Shown one piece after another: positions 46,960 through 60,639 of a DNA stretch of 64,000 nucleotides. Source of the stretch: Tubulanus polymorphus (Eukaryota; Animalia; Nemertea); assembly GCF_964204645.1 (NCBI RefSeq), contig NC_134031.1:11162088-11226087 (forward strand). The letters are read 5' to 3'. The first letter of the stretch is position 1; every line of letters starts with the position of its first letter. Made by a program: the position numbers and the translations under genes. The notes under the pieces are model-generated. The model worked only from the letters and a program-made list of their open reading frames with translations, was not told where the DNA came from and ran no database searches.

Positions 46960-49227
46960 AGATGAACTATTTCGGATGTTGATGGTAAAGAAATCCAGAG
47001 CTTTGTGCTATTAATAGAGAACGAGCGTTTAGTAGTGCGATGTTGCGGTATATTTAAATTATTGGCATTTCGTAGAATATGATGTTGCTGACCAGACCTA
47101 TATGAAAGAATATGACGTAGGGTATTAGGTACCTTGTTGCACGTCAGCTTGAAAATGAAGCTTGCTGTTTGGAGCTTATTAATGTCAGTTAATTTAAGGT
47201 GATTGCCTACTTTAAAGAGTGGACTCGAGTGTGCTAGGTAAGGTACATTATATACAAGTCGTAAAGCCCGTTTCTGTAGGATGCTAAGATGATGCAGACG
47301 GATTGGATATGTACGTCCCCAGACAATGTTGCAGCATTGGAAATATGGTAAAACTGAGGAATTATAAAGTGTGGGCAAAATGGGCTGGGGTAGACATTTG
47401 TGGGCTTTGAACAATAAACCAATAGCACGTGAAACTTTGGCAGATGTATAGGCAGTATGTGCTGACCAGTTTAGGTTTTCATCAAAAATCACACCAAGAA
47501 ATTTGTTGGTGCACGAATGAGCAACAGGTTGATTGTCTATACTGATTTCTGTATTGTCTGGTAATCTAAAATTGCCAAACTTCATGTAGCTTGTTTTCTT
47601 TACATTCAATGAGAGTTTGTTTGCTCTAAACCACGTAGATAGTTTTATCAGTTCGAGGTTTACGGCACGAATTAATTCTATAGGATCTTTGTTGCTACAA
47701 GAAATGGTCGTGTCGTCAGCAAACAGTATAAACTTGAATAACTTAGAAACATGTATTATGTCATTTACATACACAATAAAAAGTAATGGTCCAAGAATAG
47801 AACCTTGAATAGACCGTGCGAGATGGGCTGATAACTGGAAGGAGATTTGTTGTAGTCTACATATTGTTTACGATTTGATAAATAACTTTTAATCCAATCA
47901 TTCGGTAAGCCTCTTATGCCTAATCTGTGTAGTTTTTGGATCAAAATTGAGTGGTCGATTGTATCGAAAGCTTTCGATAAATCAATGAAAATACTTATTG
48001 AGAATTGGCCATTTTCAACCTGTTTTGAGATATGATCTGTAAAGTCAAGCAGTGCAAGTTCCGTAGATGAATTTTTCCTAAAGCCATATTGATGAGGGTT
48101 AAGGATATGATGATTATCAACAAAGGATATTATACGGGCGTAGGTAATTTTTTCTAGGATTTTAGAAAAGAACGAAAGGACTGATATAGGTCTGTAGTTA
48201 GTGATTTCATTTTTATCACCGCCTTTATGAATTGGGGTAACTTTGGCGATTTTAAGAGCGTCGGGAACTATCCCCGTTGAATATGACTTATTGAAGATGT
48301 ATAGTAATGGTTCCATTATTTCAGAGATGGCAGACTTAGCAATTTTAGGTTTTATATCATCAGGCCCAGCACCTTTATTAGCATCCAAATTATTGACAAT
48401 ATATAAAATGTCCTGCTGAATAATTGGGTTTAGGAACAGGTTATTTGAAGAATCGGGTTGGAGATATGATAGGGGAGAGATTTCGGTTGTTGGAATTTTG
48501 TCCGCTAAGTTTCTACCAACGTTAGTAAAGAAAGAATTGAATTTATTGGCTATATCTGAAGGGTCAAGGTCTACACCATTTATGTCTCTAAATGGTGGGC
48601 ATATATTTCTGTCTTTAGGGCTACCGATAACTTGGTTTAGAATCGACCAAGTTTTTTTCAGGTCATGTTTCGCAGCAATTAATGCTCGTGCGAAGTGCTG
48701 TTTCTGCGCAGCTTTAAGCAATCGATTCAACCTGTTGCGATATTTCTTGTAACGTTCGTGATGATCAGCGCGCTTAGTTCGTTTGTATATTCGGTAATAT
48801 TTCAATTTGGTTTTGACAGAATTTAGTAAGCCCTCGGACAGCCAGGGTTTACACGAAGGACGAGTTACATTTTTAGTTAGAATAGGAAAACTTAAGTCGT
48901 AGAGCATCTTGTATCTCGTGAAAAAGAGATTGTATGCTACGTTGGGATCATTGGTTGTGTATATGTCACCCCAGTCTTCGTTGGCCAAGCGCGCTTTAAA
49001 ATCCGGAATATTGAGTTCATTGATAGGTCTAAAATGGATAATGTACGGTGCATTTTTAAGCCGTCGAGCACGCAGGTAAATAACAAAGGTAGAATAATGG
49101 TCTGAAATATCAGTAGTCAATATGCCGGATCGTTGGTTGTCAACATTGGTATATATGTGGTCAATACAGGTTGCTGACGTTTCGGTGACTCTTGTTGGTT
49201 TTAAAATAAGAGGTTGTAATGAATGCG
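46960..49227 (-). pseudogene. LINE ORF2: end of APE endonuclease plus reverse transcriptase, frameshifted
   Basis: PTRVT..CIDHIY, SDH, NYRPISVL, QYGFR, DLSKAFD, FADDT. Confidence 0.93.
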
Positions 49228-49660
49228 AGTAATAGGGGTAATGGGCTTTCAAGCCAAAGGTCGAACGGTCGAGCTCATTAAAAAACAAAACATTAAAAGT
49301 AATTTAAAACTATAATATATTTTCATAACCGTGTGCATTTTATATTATAACTAAATATTTAATCTATGATATCAATAATTTAAATTTAAAAAGCATATTG
49401 TATTAAATCAATTGGTCGCGGAGCGGAGCAGTAGCGAAGTGGAGCGACCAATTGATTTAATACAATATGCTTTTTACATTTATTTATTTACAATACACAA
49501 ATTCATATAATCAAATATATTTTAATAATAATAATTATTCTATTATTCAACTGAAATACACACGGTTATGAAAATATATTATAGTTTTAAATTACTTTTA
49601 ATATTTGTTATTAATGAACTCGACCATTCAACCTTTAACCTGAAAGCCCATTACCCCTAT
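49228..49660. repeat. Left-terminal ~433 bp imperfect hairpin of copy C
   Basis: Outer arms ~49228-49335 and ~49560-49660; inner stem ~49388-49418 and ~49445-49475. Confidence 0.93.
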
Positions 49661-52600
49661 ATATCTTCTAAAGTTAAATTCATAAAATCTGAAGATAAAC
49701 CAATATATAATATAAATTCTCATTCACAACATATTATATCTAAACAACATATAGATGATAAATAAGATAAATGTTATAATGAAGTAAAAACTAAAATAGA
49801 AGAGAAATATTTTGAAGGATCTGGTTTAATATTTGATGAAATAATATTTATGACTTTACATGTTTATAACACAAAATATAATAAGTTAACTAAATCAAAA
49901 CCAATTGATGAAAATAATGTATCATATTATAAAGAACCAGATATTGAAGCATCGAGTTATATTAAACTACCATTTAAAACTAATGCTGTAATAAATGTAC
50001 AAAATGAAGATGATAAATGTTTTCTATGGGCTATAATAAGTTGTTTACACCCAGTTGAAGATTATAAACAACATAGTTTTAGATTAACTCATTATAAACA
50101 ATTTGAAAATAATTACAAGATAGATAAGTATCCTGTTATAATTAAAAACATCCCAAAGATAGAAAGAGATAATAATTTAAGAATAAATGTATTTAATTTA
50201 ATCAAATTACCAAATACAAAAGTTAACAACATAAAATATTGTACATTAGAACCTTTATATCTATCAAAAGATTATGATTCAAATGATGTTATAGATATAC
50301 TATATTATGAGAATCATTATATGTGGATTAAACAAATCGATTTATTTTTCAAATCAGAAAATGACCACCATAAAATATATCTTTGTAGAAAATGTTTACA
50401 TAGATTCAGTAATGAAAGTACATTATTAAATCATAAACAATTATGTGAAAATCATGATTATTGTAAATTAGTTTTACCAAATGAAAAGGATAAAATATTA
50501 GAATTCAAAAAATATGATTACAAAAATAAAGTTCCATTTGTAATATATGGAGATTTTGAATCATTAAATAAAGAATTAACCGATCAAGATAGAAAAGAAA
50601 TATATTATAAAAGAAAGAAATTAAATTCTAGTGAAAATGATTTTTCAGATGAACCACCAAAAACAAATACTATTAAAAAGATTCATCAATCAGCTGCAGC
50701 TTTCGGGTTATATATTAAATCTGATTATCCAGAACTAATTGAAAGTGAATATTATGATTATAGAAATGAAAATGTTATCAATCATTTTTGTGACTTATTA
50801 ATTGAATATGAAATAAGATAGATTTAGTAATTTATTGAATACAAATATAGAAATTATAATGACAGATGAAGATAAAGAAGTACTTGCGTTTGCAGATAAA
50901 TGTTATTATTGTGAAAAGATATTTAATTTTAAAGATAAAAAAGTAAGAGACCATGATCATTTGAACGGAAAGTTTAGAGGCGCTGCACATGAGAATTGTA
51001 ACTTACAAGCTAAGAAAATTAATTTTGTACCAGTTATATTTTATAATCTATCAGGATATGATGCACATTTATTCATCAAACAGTTATGCTATAAAATAGA
51101 AGAAATTAATAATGAAATAGAAAGATTAAATTCAAATAGATCAAAAGATAAAATACCAACTTATAAATTTAGAATGTTAGCTAAAACATCTGAGAATTTG
51201 GTTGCCTAAGATTTATAGATTCATATAGATTTTCAAATAGTTCATTAGATAACTTATCAAAATCATTAGTTGATGATGAATTAGAAAATATTAAAACAAC
51301 ACTATCCAAATAATGATGATTTTCAATTAATGAGATATAAAGGAGCAATTCCATATTCATTTTATAAATCACATAATGATTTCAATATAACTGAATTATT
51401 AAAAGAACAATTTTATGATGAATTATAAAATGAATATGTTAAAGATGAAGTATATAATAGAACATTGAATATTTGGAATCATTTCAAAATAGAAAATCAT
51501 GGGCAATTCGTAGATTTATATTTAAAATCAGATGAATTATTATTATCGGATATATTCGAAAGGTTTAGAGATGTAAACCTAAAATATTTTAACATTGATC
51601 CTTGTCATTGTTATTCATCACCAGGTTTAACATGGGATTGTGGTTTAAAATTTACAAATATAAAAATGGATTTGTTAACAAATATAGATCAATTACTATT
51701 ATTTGAAAAATCTATAAGAGGAGGAGTTTCAGGTGTATTAGGTGATAGCTATTTCAATGTAAATGATAACCCTGAATATAAGTTATTATATATAGATGCA
51801 AATAATTTGTATGGTTGGGCAATGATGGAACCACAACCTTATGGAGTATTTGAATTAACTGAAATTTTACAGAATGAAAATAATGATAAATTTGATTGGA
51901 AGAAAAGAATCCTAGATATTGCAGATGATTCAGATACTGGTTACTTTTTTGTTGTAGATTTAGAATATCCTGAAGATAAAAAATTTAAATCGAGAAATCT
52001 AGCTTACTGTCCCGAACATAAAACTGTAACTCATGAAGATTTATCAAATTACCAAAAAAGAATTGAACCCGAAAATCATATTCATACAGAAAAGTTAATG
52101 GTAACTCAAGAAGATAAATATAATTATGTAGTACATTACAGAATGTTAAAGTTTTATCTAAAACAAGGAATGATTCTGAAAAAAGTACAAAGATATATTT
52201 CATTCAGTCAATCTAAGTGGTTAGAAAAATATATAGATTTTAACACCAAACAGAGAACTGAAGCTAAAACTGATTTCGAGAAAGATTTCTTCAAGTTAAT
52301 GAACAATGCATTCTATGGTAAGACTTGTGAAAATATTAGAAATAGAAATGATATTGAGTTAGTAAGTAATGGCAAAAGGATAAGGCATTTACAATCATAT
52401 CCTAAGTTTTTAGGTAACAGAATATTTGATGAAAATTTAGCTGCAGTTAAGATGAGAAGAACATCAATGAAATTTAATAAACCAATCTATGTTGGCGCTT
52501 CAGTTTTAGAATTATCAAAATTACTAATGTATGAATTTTATTATAACATATTACAACCACTTTTTGGAGAAAAACATATAGAAATATTATATTTTGATAC

Positions 52601-53138
52601 TGACAGTTACATATTAAGGATAAAAACTGATAACATAACTGATGATTTAAAAACATTAAAACATCATTTTGATTTCAGTAATTATCCTAGAGATCATGAA
52701 TTGTTTAGCAATGATAATAAAAAAGTTCCCGGTAAATTCAAAGATGAATTAGGTGGTGAAGAAATGATAGAGTTCATAGGTATTAGATCTAAAATGTATT
52801 CATATAAAACTTTTCATAATAAAGAACATGAAGCTAAAAAGTTAAAAGGAATAACCAAAAGTGTAGTAGAAAAGAATATTCATTTCAAAGATTACATCAA
52901 TTGTATATTCAATGAAGAAGTTAGAAAACATAAGATGAGATGTTTAAGATCTGAAGATCATGAAATGTTTATTGAAGAAATTGAAAAGATAAGTCTAAAC
53001 CCATTTGATGATAAAAGATATATTTTAGATGATGGAATTCATACAGTTGCTTATGGATGTAATTTAGATGAATACTTAAAATTTAAAAGAGAAGAAACAA
53101 AAGAGAACGAGATAATGAAAAGAATTCTAACGTGTTAA
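49661..53138 (+). pseudogene. Protein-primed DNA polymerase B with stops and frameshifts; N-terminus missing
   Basis: YGDFES (exonuclease I), FYNLSGYD, YIDANNLYGWAM, KLMNNAFYGK, YFDTDS. Confidence 0.95.
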
Positions 53139-53167
53139 TCAAATTTTAATAAAAATATGTATTATAA

Positions 53168-53521
53168 ATGGAGAGTAAACAAGCAAACAGTGAGAACAAC
53201 AAATTATTTCTAGATAGAATTAAAGATATAACAAATGTAAAATCTGTAGATTATAAATTCAAAAAGTTAACAGAATTAACAATCCATAAGAAATATCTAA
53301 TTACAAATATTGATACAGTTACTAATAACTATGGAGATAAATTAGTTATACACTTAGAATATGAAGGATTAAAAGGAAATACATGTAAATTCAGAACATA
53401 TTTACCGGATAGATTTCATAGATTATCAAGTAAAGATCTAGAAGAATTATGTTCTGGTGATTTCTATTTCGTATACAAAGGTAAGAATGAAAAAGGGCAC
53501 CATGAAATAGATTTCGAATAA
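53168..53521 (+). CDS. Homologue of 644-985
   Basis: Direct protein similarity. Confidence 0.6.
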   Translation: MESKQANSENNKLFLDRIKDITNVKSVDYKFKKLTELTIHKKYLITNIDTVTNNYGDKLVIHLEYEGLKGNTCKFRTYLPDRFHRLSSKDLEELCSGDFYFVYKGKNEKGHHEIDFE

Positions 53522-53538
53522 GAAAATATGTAAAATAA

Positions 53539-54297
53539 ATGGTAGAATTAAAAGAATACAGAATATTTGTTGATTCAAGAAGACTTACAAATTATAAATC
53601 TCATAATTTACTAGTACAATTAGATAGGGAATATAAAAATTGTGTAGATTTAAAATTAGTAAATATAAGTTTATGTAATTCTTTTTACAATATATCGGAT
53701 AAAACTATTGAAGATAATACTGTTTTAATTCATATTAGAAATATGGATAAATGGTATCATCTATTTCTAAGACCAGGATTATATAATTTAGATACATTAG
53801 CGCAGGAAATTAATAGAAGAGCTCGGTTGAAAATGGGTGCATCTGCTGGATTTGGATTAAAACTGAATAAAAGTGATAGCTCCGATAAAATAAGAATAAA
53901 ATTAGGTAATGAAGATCAACATGCATTTATGGTAAAAAAACCTATAGCTAAATTGCTAGGAATTGCACCAGATATTGTTACAGGAAACATAGATGGTAAT
54001 TCAAACTTAATACCTTACACGCACTTTTATATTTATTGCAATTTAATTGATCCTACAAAAACTTTCGATGCAACTAAAGAAACAATTTGTAGTTCTAGTA
54101 TACTAAATATTTTACCATTAAAAAATGTCAAACAATTTGGAACTCAAATAAATTATAATTTAACAGAATGTGATTTTAAACCTTGTATTCCTAAATTTAA
54201 TAATTTTAAATTAGAAATAAGAAATCACAATGGATATTTAATTGATTTAAATAACTTTCCTGTGATATATGAATTAGTTATAAGATGTAGAGAGTAA
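53539..54297 (+). CDS. Putative minor capsid protein
   Basis: Homologue of 1003-1758. Confidence 0.7.
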   Translation: MVELKEYRIFVDSRRLTNYKSHNLLVQLDREYKNCVDLKLVNISLCNSFYNISDKTIEDNTVLIHIRNMDKWYHLFLRPGLYNLDTLAQEINRRARLKMGASAGFGLKLNKSDSSDKIRIKLGNEDQHAFMVKKPIAKLLGIAPDIVTGNIDGNSNLIPYTHFYIYCNLIDPTKTFDATKETICSSSILNILPLKNVKQFGTQINYNLTECDFKPCIPKFNNFKLEIRNHNGYLIDLNNFPVIYELVIRCRE

Positions 54298-54313
54298 TTT
54301 TTTCACTATATAA

Positions 54314-54651
54314 ATGAATATAACTGTTGGACCGAGTATATGTTTTGGATATGATTTTAAACGTAAGAAATGAAATTTAACGTTAATGGTGTAATTACTG
54401 ATATAAAAAGTAAATCATTTAACAATGCATCAATGATTAATAAAGAAAATTATAATATAGAAAAAGTAATTGATTTAATTAAATCACCTTTAGAATATTA
54501 TGAATTAAATGAAGATGGAATTATTGATGATATTAAAAACATGTTATCCAAAATATATGATAATCATAAAAGTAGTAATGAAATAAATGTTGAATTAATC
54601 ATAAATAAGTTAACTAAATATTTTGATGATAGTAATTTTTTTGATAAATAA
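54314..54651 (+). pseudogene. Homologue of 1775-2122, frameshifted
   Basis: Same start context; small deletion near 54365. Confidence 0.6.
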
Positions 54652-54873
54652 ATGAGTGATAATAAGTGGATAATAACTGGATTATATAATGGAGCATTAC
54701 TATCAGTTGGAACTGTTGGTTATTCAATGGTATTAAAAAAAGTATTTAAAATGGGAAGTGTTAATGTTGATAGATTTGATATCAATGATATCTTAAAATT
54801 AACATTAGCAGTTACTTTATCTAATTTAACTATTGATTATTTGGAAAAACAAAAATATATTCCTCCCATATAA
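54652..54873 (+). CDS. Small putative membrane protein
   Basis: Homologue of 2123-2344. Confidence 0.7.
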   Translation: MSDNKWIITGLYNGALLSVGTVGYSMVLKKVFKMGSVNVDRFDINDILKLTLAVTLSNLTIDYLEKQKYIPPI

Positions 54874-54897
54874 ATGCGTAATTATTTTACTAAATAA

Positions 54898-55320
54898 ATG
54901 GCTTCTGCAGTTATAACTATTATAGGATCGGCAATTGTTAACGCTTTAGCATTTACTGGTGGTGGTTATTTATTTAAGCATATTGATAAAAATGGATCAT
55001 TAACAGAACAAAAAAGACATAACTTAGCATTAGAGAAATACAATAAAGCAGCAGAAGAATACAGAGAAAAACGACAAAACTATATGGATTATATTAACAA
55101 GGAATTATATGATCAGAAGATTTCACACAGAGATTTTCAATCAGTTGATGATGCAATGAGTTTATATAACGCGGTAACCAATAAAGAAAAATTACATCTA
55201 TACAAACCTAAATTATCAGATTATTATACCCCAAGTAAAGAACAGAAGAAATATGAAATAATATGGATTTTAGGTGGAACTGTTATTGTTATATTTGTAG
55301 CATATAAATTTACTAATTAG
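54898..55320 (+). CDS. Membrane-anchored coiled-coil protein, intact
   Basis: Homologue of 2369-2791. Confidence 0.75.
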   Translation: MASAVITIIGSAIVNALAFTGGGYLFKHIDKNGSLTEQKRHNLALEKYNKAAEEYREKRQNYMDYINKELYDQKISHRDFQSVDDAMSLYNAVTNKEKLHLYKPKLSDYYTPSKEQKKYEIIWILGGTVIVIFVAYKFTN

Positions 55321-55339
55321 TAATTTTTTTTCTAAATAA

Positions 55340-58165
55340 ATGGAAGATAAAGTTGATAATATTGATATTATTCCTCATGATATCAGTAAAACTAAATTAA
55401 AAATATATTTAGAAAAACAAATATGAGAATTTGAAAGTGATTTAAAAGTTAAAAAGAAAAAATATTTAAAAAGTAAAATTATATATTATCTTATTATTAG
55501 TGGTTCGGTTACAATTAGTTCTGTAATAACATTTCTAGCAATATTCAGCCCATTAACACCTTTAGCTATATCAATTGGCGTATTAGGATTAAGTTCAAGT
55601 GTATTAACTGGTATCAGTTCAAAATTAAATAAATAAATAAATTAATAAATAAAGAAAAAATTAAAACTAATATAAAAGAAATTAATAAATTAAAGAATAC
55701 ACTAGATTATATAATAAGTTTAAATGGCTATATAACAGTTGAAGAACAAGATAAAATAGGGTTTCCAAAAGCTTTCCAATATAATAAATCAATTAAATAT
55801 AATATTCCTGCAATAGATTTTAATAAAGATATTACATATAGAAATGAAGTTTTAAATTCATTAATTGATTTATATATTTATGTTACTGAAAGTAATAATT
55901 TACATGTAAAGATGGAAATATATTTCATGTGTATACAATTAATTGCAAAAATTAAAATGAGGCAAAACAATGGTTATTAAAATCTAATATGAAGTATTGG
56001 CAGAATCAATTAAATTTTGCTGTTTAATTTGCAACAACAGGATGTGGAATTAGTTGGAATGATCATTTAAACAAACCAAGTTTACCATTGATGTTATCAC
56101 TTTTTAGATTCCATACATATTTTCAAATAAAATTAATATTAGATGAATTAGAATGTCCTTTACCAGGTTCAAAATATTTTAAAGAATTGAATAATAATAT
56201 TAATTTTTCTAAGTTTTATAAAATATGTAATGAATTTAATTTTAATTCAAATAAAGATTTTAGAGCAAAAATTGAAACAATGGGCGGATTAGGAATATTG
56301 TATACTAAAGAATTTGGAAAAATAATGACAAATTCAGACATAAGAACACTAAATTGGAATGAATTACCAAAATATTATAATGATATACAACAACAAAACA
56401 ATAATGGTTGGGTTAATTTCATTTTAGAAAATGGTGAAGGTTTTACTAAAGCTGGAATACAAAGAATAAATCAATCTATTAGAACTTATTTGATATGTAT
56501 TTTAGGTGCGCAAGTTGAAACAAGATCCCCAATAATTGGAAATGATAACACTTTCGATGCGCAGAAACAATTTTAAGTATTATTTGAAGATTCACTTCAT
56601 AATGATAAAAATAGATCGATTCCAGAAAACATTGTAAGATATCAAAATTATTTAGATAAATCACATATTAGATTAAATTATTGTATAGGCCCTAATCTAT
56701 TTATTATTTCTAATGATTTAGTATTAAAGATGGGAAATATAATTGGTTATAATAATCTAATTAAAACTGCAACAATAAATAATTCATTTGGATTGAATGA
56801 TATAAATAAAAAGATTATCACTGCTCCAAAATTAATGTAAGGTGAAAAAAATAAAAAACATATTCAATCAACTGAAACTAAAACTAATAATATTAAATTA
56901 AATAATGATTCTAAAATAAAAGATTACAATACATCAGAAGATATTAAAACTGATATTATTCAACATGATATAATTAAACTAAATGATGATAATAAATCCC
57001 ATGAAAATACTAAATTAGCTTTAACTTGTATAGGAATTGTAATCGGAGGAATATTATATTTTAGATTTTAATTTTTTTGTTATGTAAATAAATGTAAAAG
57101 GTGGAGAAGATTATGAAATGGAAGGCATGGGAAATAATGATGATGCCAATACTAACAATGATGATTATATGACTGCTGATACTAATATTGATAATGATAA
57201 TGATACAACATATAATTCTAATTTAGCAGATAGTGGTTCTAAAGCCCCATCAACAGATGAAGTTCATAGAAGAACTAGATCGAGAATACCTATTGAAAAT
57301 TTAGACCCAGGTTTATCAAAGGAAGATATTGAAAATATTGATTTTATGTATGATTTTCAACGTGTATTTAAAGAATCTGGATATAATATAAATGATAGAG
57401 GCGCCAGACTTTTAGTACAAAAATTAAAACTTTTTAAAGGTAAATATTATTATCGTTTGGATGGTGATTATTATATTGATATCACTGATCAAAGAACAAA
57501 ACTAAATAAAATATTAGCGGAATCAACTTTGAGTAAATTAGGTCCAGATAAAATTAAGAGAATAAGTATTAGTAATGAAATAACCAATGTTACACAAGAA
57601 GAAAGAGATGATAATATAAGAGTATTTGGTCAAAGAATTGATGACTTATCTAAAATAATCGATGATAATCCAGAAACAGAAACAACTTCTGAACAGAATA
57701 AAACTTCCAAAACTAGTAAACCTAAATCAAACGAAGTTCAAACTGAAAAACTTTTACCGAAGGGATTACTTGATTTAACTGATGATGAATTAGAATTATA
57801 TCCTGAAAAAACACGTAGAGAAATTAAAGGTATGCAAGAATCGGCTGATAAAATTGCGAATGAAAAAAGTATAAGAGATATTAAAAGAAATAAAGATTAA
57901 AGAAATAGAAAAATTAAAGTCTGATTTAGACCATCAAGCAATTGATGAAATAGAATATAGGCAAAAAGAATAAGGTTTAGAAAAAGAAATTAATAATTTA
58001 AAAGATAATTTAGAAGTACTGAAGGGTGAAAGAGATATATTATTAAAAGAATACGGTAATAATTTTAAAAGATTAAAAGATGTTTTTAAAGATTTGTTGA
58101 TAAAACCAAATTCTAAAATATCATTAAAAGATAGAATAAAATTATTATTTAAACTAGAAGGATAG
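55340..58165 (+). pseudogene. Disrupted homologues of the copy A genes at 2811-5690
   Basis: Colinear similarity with multiple stops, frameshifts and a deletion near 55757. Confidence 0.8.
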
Positions 58166-58166
58166 A

Positions 58167-58607
58167 CTAGACTAATATTTTTTCATTACGTGAAATCGAC
58201 AATTCGCAAAATAACAATTCAAAAGTGTTACTTTCTATACTCAGGTCGTTACGTACTTTACAATGGTAATGGTCATCGATGTATATAGCCACACCGCCTG
58301 CATGGTTAAAATGACGATTTAAGAAAAAGCTATTGTACCCGTCTAGTTTGTATAATACGTCATTATCGTGATCGTCTAACGCCCACGTTTCGGATATCCC
58401 AATGACTGTGGGTGAAAAGTTTATACTAGTTATTGTATCTCTTAAATTTTCAAAGTTTTTGTTCATGCTTCTAACATTGGTATGGTATAGAAATAATCCA
58501 CTCTGTTGGTCGTTGGTGTTCACAAGAGCGTTAAGCGAGTCAATGGAATAATAAGTAGTGTCGGGGGGATCCTTCTCACTATCCAAAAATATATCATCCT
58601 GTAACAT
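58167..58607 (-). pseudogene. LINE ORF2 N-terminus (APE endonuclease)
   Basis: HTNVRS, IGISETW, GGVAIYI motifs. Confidence 0.9.
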
Positions 58608-59631
58608 AATTTACAGGCGAAATGCGGGTAGATGGTTACACAGTAGAAAAATTGGAAACAACAAAAAAAAAATTGTTTGTCCTTTAATCGCATATGCAGA
58701 GTAATAGTGATGATAACTTGGGGATATCGCACTGGAGTTATATTATCGAAAATTTATCAAAATGTACTAATGATAGGTTATGGGAAGGGGTATTGTGTGT
58801 TCTATGTAGCGCTTAGGGTATGGTTTTCTACAATTTGTTCTTTTACAGCCACAATGTGATTCGAGTCAACAAAGAAAAAAATAGAACGGGCAGGACGTGT
58901 TACATATCTCTATACACCAAATGTCTACGTATTCAAGGAAGGATAACATTATAAGTAGTTTTATATTCCGATTCGCTCGGATAGTAACCAACAAACGAGT
59001 CGATGAGTAGAGAAAATAAAGTTCCCTATTATAACTCATCGATAATAAGGAGGAGGTTTAAAGGAGGTACAATCTCGAGTCCAGACACAGAATTGAATTG
59101 AGAGTTCGAATAAATGCATGATTTAAAAAGAAATGTAACACCTTTTGAATTTACATCTAGTATCATTTTATCAAATTCAACAATAAACGAAGTGAAATGC
59201 AGTTAAGTCAACAGAATTTGTACACCACAAATATATACTAAAAGAGGTTTTGTTCGAGACTTTCCTTAGTCTCGGATTTCGTTCATATCGAACGTTAAGG
59301 ATCGCCGAGACAATTAACGCAGAGCGGACCATGGAGCGATTTTTAGTGCCCATCGAAACGGTATGAATTATTCTGTCGAGTCGTTGAAAGGAAGGTGCGT
59401 AATTTAAACTAAAACGGAAAGTAATGCACAATGCAACATTTAGTCCCTAAAACGGTCTAATTTCGCAACCTGATCGTAGAATAGGTTAGGTTTGTAGGTA
59501 GAAGGGTATGGTACGGATATCACGATGGACAGAACACAATGTGATGTAAGTATATAATGAACGGATCGGAACACTAGTACGCGGAGTCGTTCGAGTTCGC
59601 TAACGGGGTCGAACATAGAAGTGTACGGATT

Positions 59632-60639
59632 TCAGATATGAACAAAACACGAATGCAACGCAATTGTTGACGGGATCGGATTAGTAGTATGTGGTGTCGT
59701 TCGGGTTCGCTGATGGGGTTGATTCCTCGTTGAGAGCTGATATTGATGAATAGTCGCTGATTTCAATCGCTTTCTCGCGCTCGGTTTTAATGACGAGTAT
59801 TTTCCATCGCGAACGTAAAAACCGCAAATACGCTTAGATTTCCATAATTTTCGGACTTCGTACAAAATTGCCTGGCGTCTTTTCGTCAGGTCTTCATTAG
59901 CGTAAACATCTTTAGGGAGCTTTTTACGATTAACCAACACGTATTGCCGCGCTCGGTGAGTGACGAATTTACAGATAATCGGGCGGTTTGATCCATCTCT
60001 TTTGGGCCCGAGGCGATGAGATCGATCGATATCTCGGAGTTCCATCGCGGGAGCGTCATCAGGCATGATCTTACGTGCGAGATCTAGAATTATTTGGTCC
60101 GTGTTTTCGGAAGAATTTTCTTTTATACCGTTTACAATGATATTGTTTCGCCTGGAATATTGTTCCTGGTGATCCATTTTCGCACTAAGATCAGCGATGA
60201 CTTCGTTTTGATCATCGATCGTTTTTACAAGATGTTCCAGTTGATTTTGAAATGTGAACTTTATGGCCGACACGATTCGGTTCACTAGACCCGCGGTTGA
60301 TTCCTCGTTATTTAGCAGGTTCGAGACGGTGCTCGCAATTTCGTCTACGGGGGAATTTTCATTATGTGGCCTCCTTGCCTGTTGATTCACGTTTGGAGGA
60401 ATATTGGGTTTTTTTATACCTTCACGAGGTGAGAATTCTTCAGAGGGGAATCTTTTCCTCGATTCGGGGTCTGAGGCTGCAGTCGGGGTACTAGTGACTG
60501 GCGTGATCAGAGTTTGTTGTTTCGGAGCGCTTTGAGTATTTAACGCGGGTTCAACGTTATTGTTACTCGGCGTTGTGCCTTTGTTATCTGCGGTAGCGGT
60601 GGCAGGTTTCGTCGAGCGATCTTTCTTCGGCTTACCCAT
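59632..60639 (-). CDS. LINE ORF1 (coiled coil plus RRM)
   Basis: EQYSRRNNIIVNGI, IDRSHRLG, RPIICKF, NEDLT. Confidence 0.88.
   Translation of the reverse strand: MGKPKKDRSTKPATATADNKGTTPSNNNVEPALNTQSAPKQQTLITPVTSTPTAASDPESRKRFPSEEFSPREGIKKPNIPPNVNQQARRPHNENSPVDEIASTVSNLLNNEESTAGLVNRIVSAIKFTFQNQLEHLVKTIDDQNEVIADLSAKMDHQEQYSRRNNIIVNGIKENSSENTDQIILDLARKIMPDDAPAMELRDIDRSHRLGPKRDGSNRPIICKFVTHRARQYVLVNRKKLPKDVYANEDLTKRRQAILYEVRKLWKSKRICGFYVRDGKYSSLKPSARKRLKSATIHQYQLSTRNQPHQRTRTTPHTTNPIPSTIALHSCFVHI

Larger units (their letters stand above)
49228..58165 (+). mobile_element. Polinton copy C: left terminus, pPolB and first gene block; internally deleted and right-truncated
   Basis: Starts AGTAATAGGGG; ~52520-58165 is colinear with 1-5690 of copy A. 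Confidence 0.92.

Noticed and set aside
14919-49227. Pairing copies A, B and C as ends of one element
   Set aside because: Orientations are incompatible, the flanking hexamers (AATAGT, GACGAT, AATGCG) do not match, and overlapping regions are diverged.
47765-49288. 507 aa ORF as an intact gene
   Set aside because: Its first ~20 codons come from the Polinton terminus fused to a broken LINE ORF2.
1-58165. Alternative genetic code explaining the in-frame stops
   Set aside because: Polinton stops are mixed TAA/TAG/TGA at different residues, are copy-specific and come with frameshifts; this is ordinary decay.
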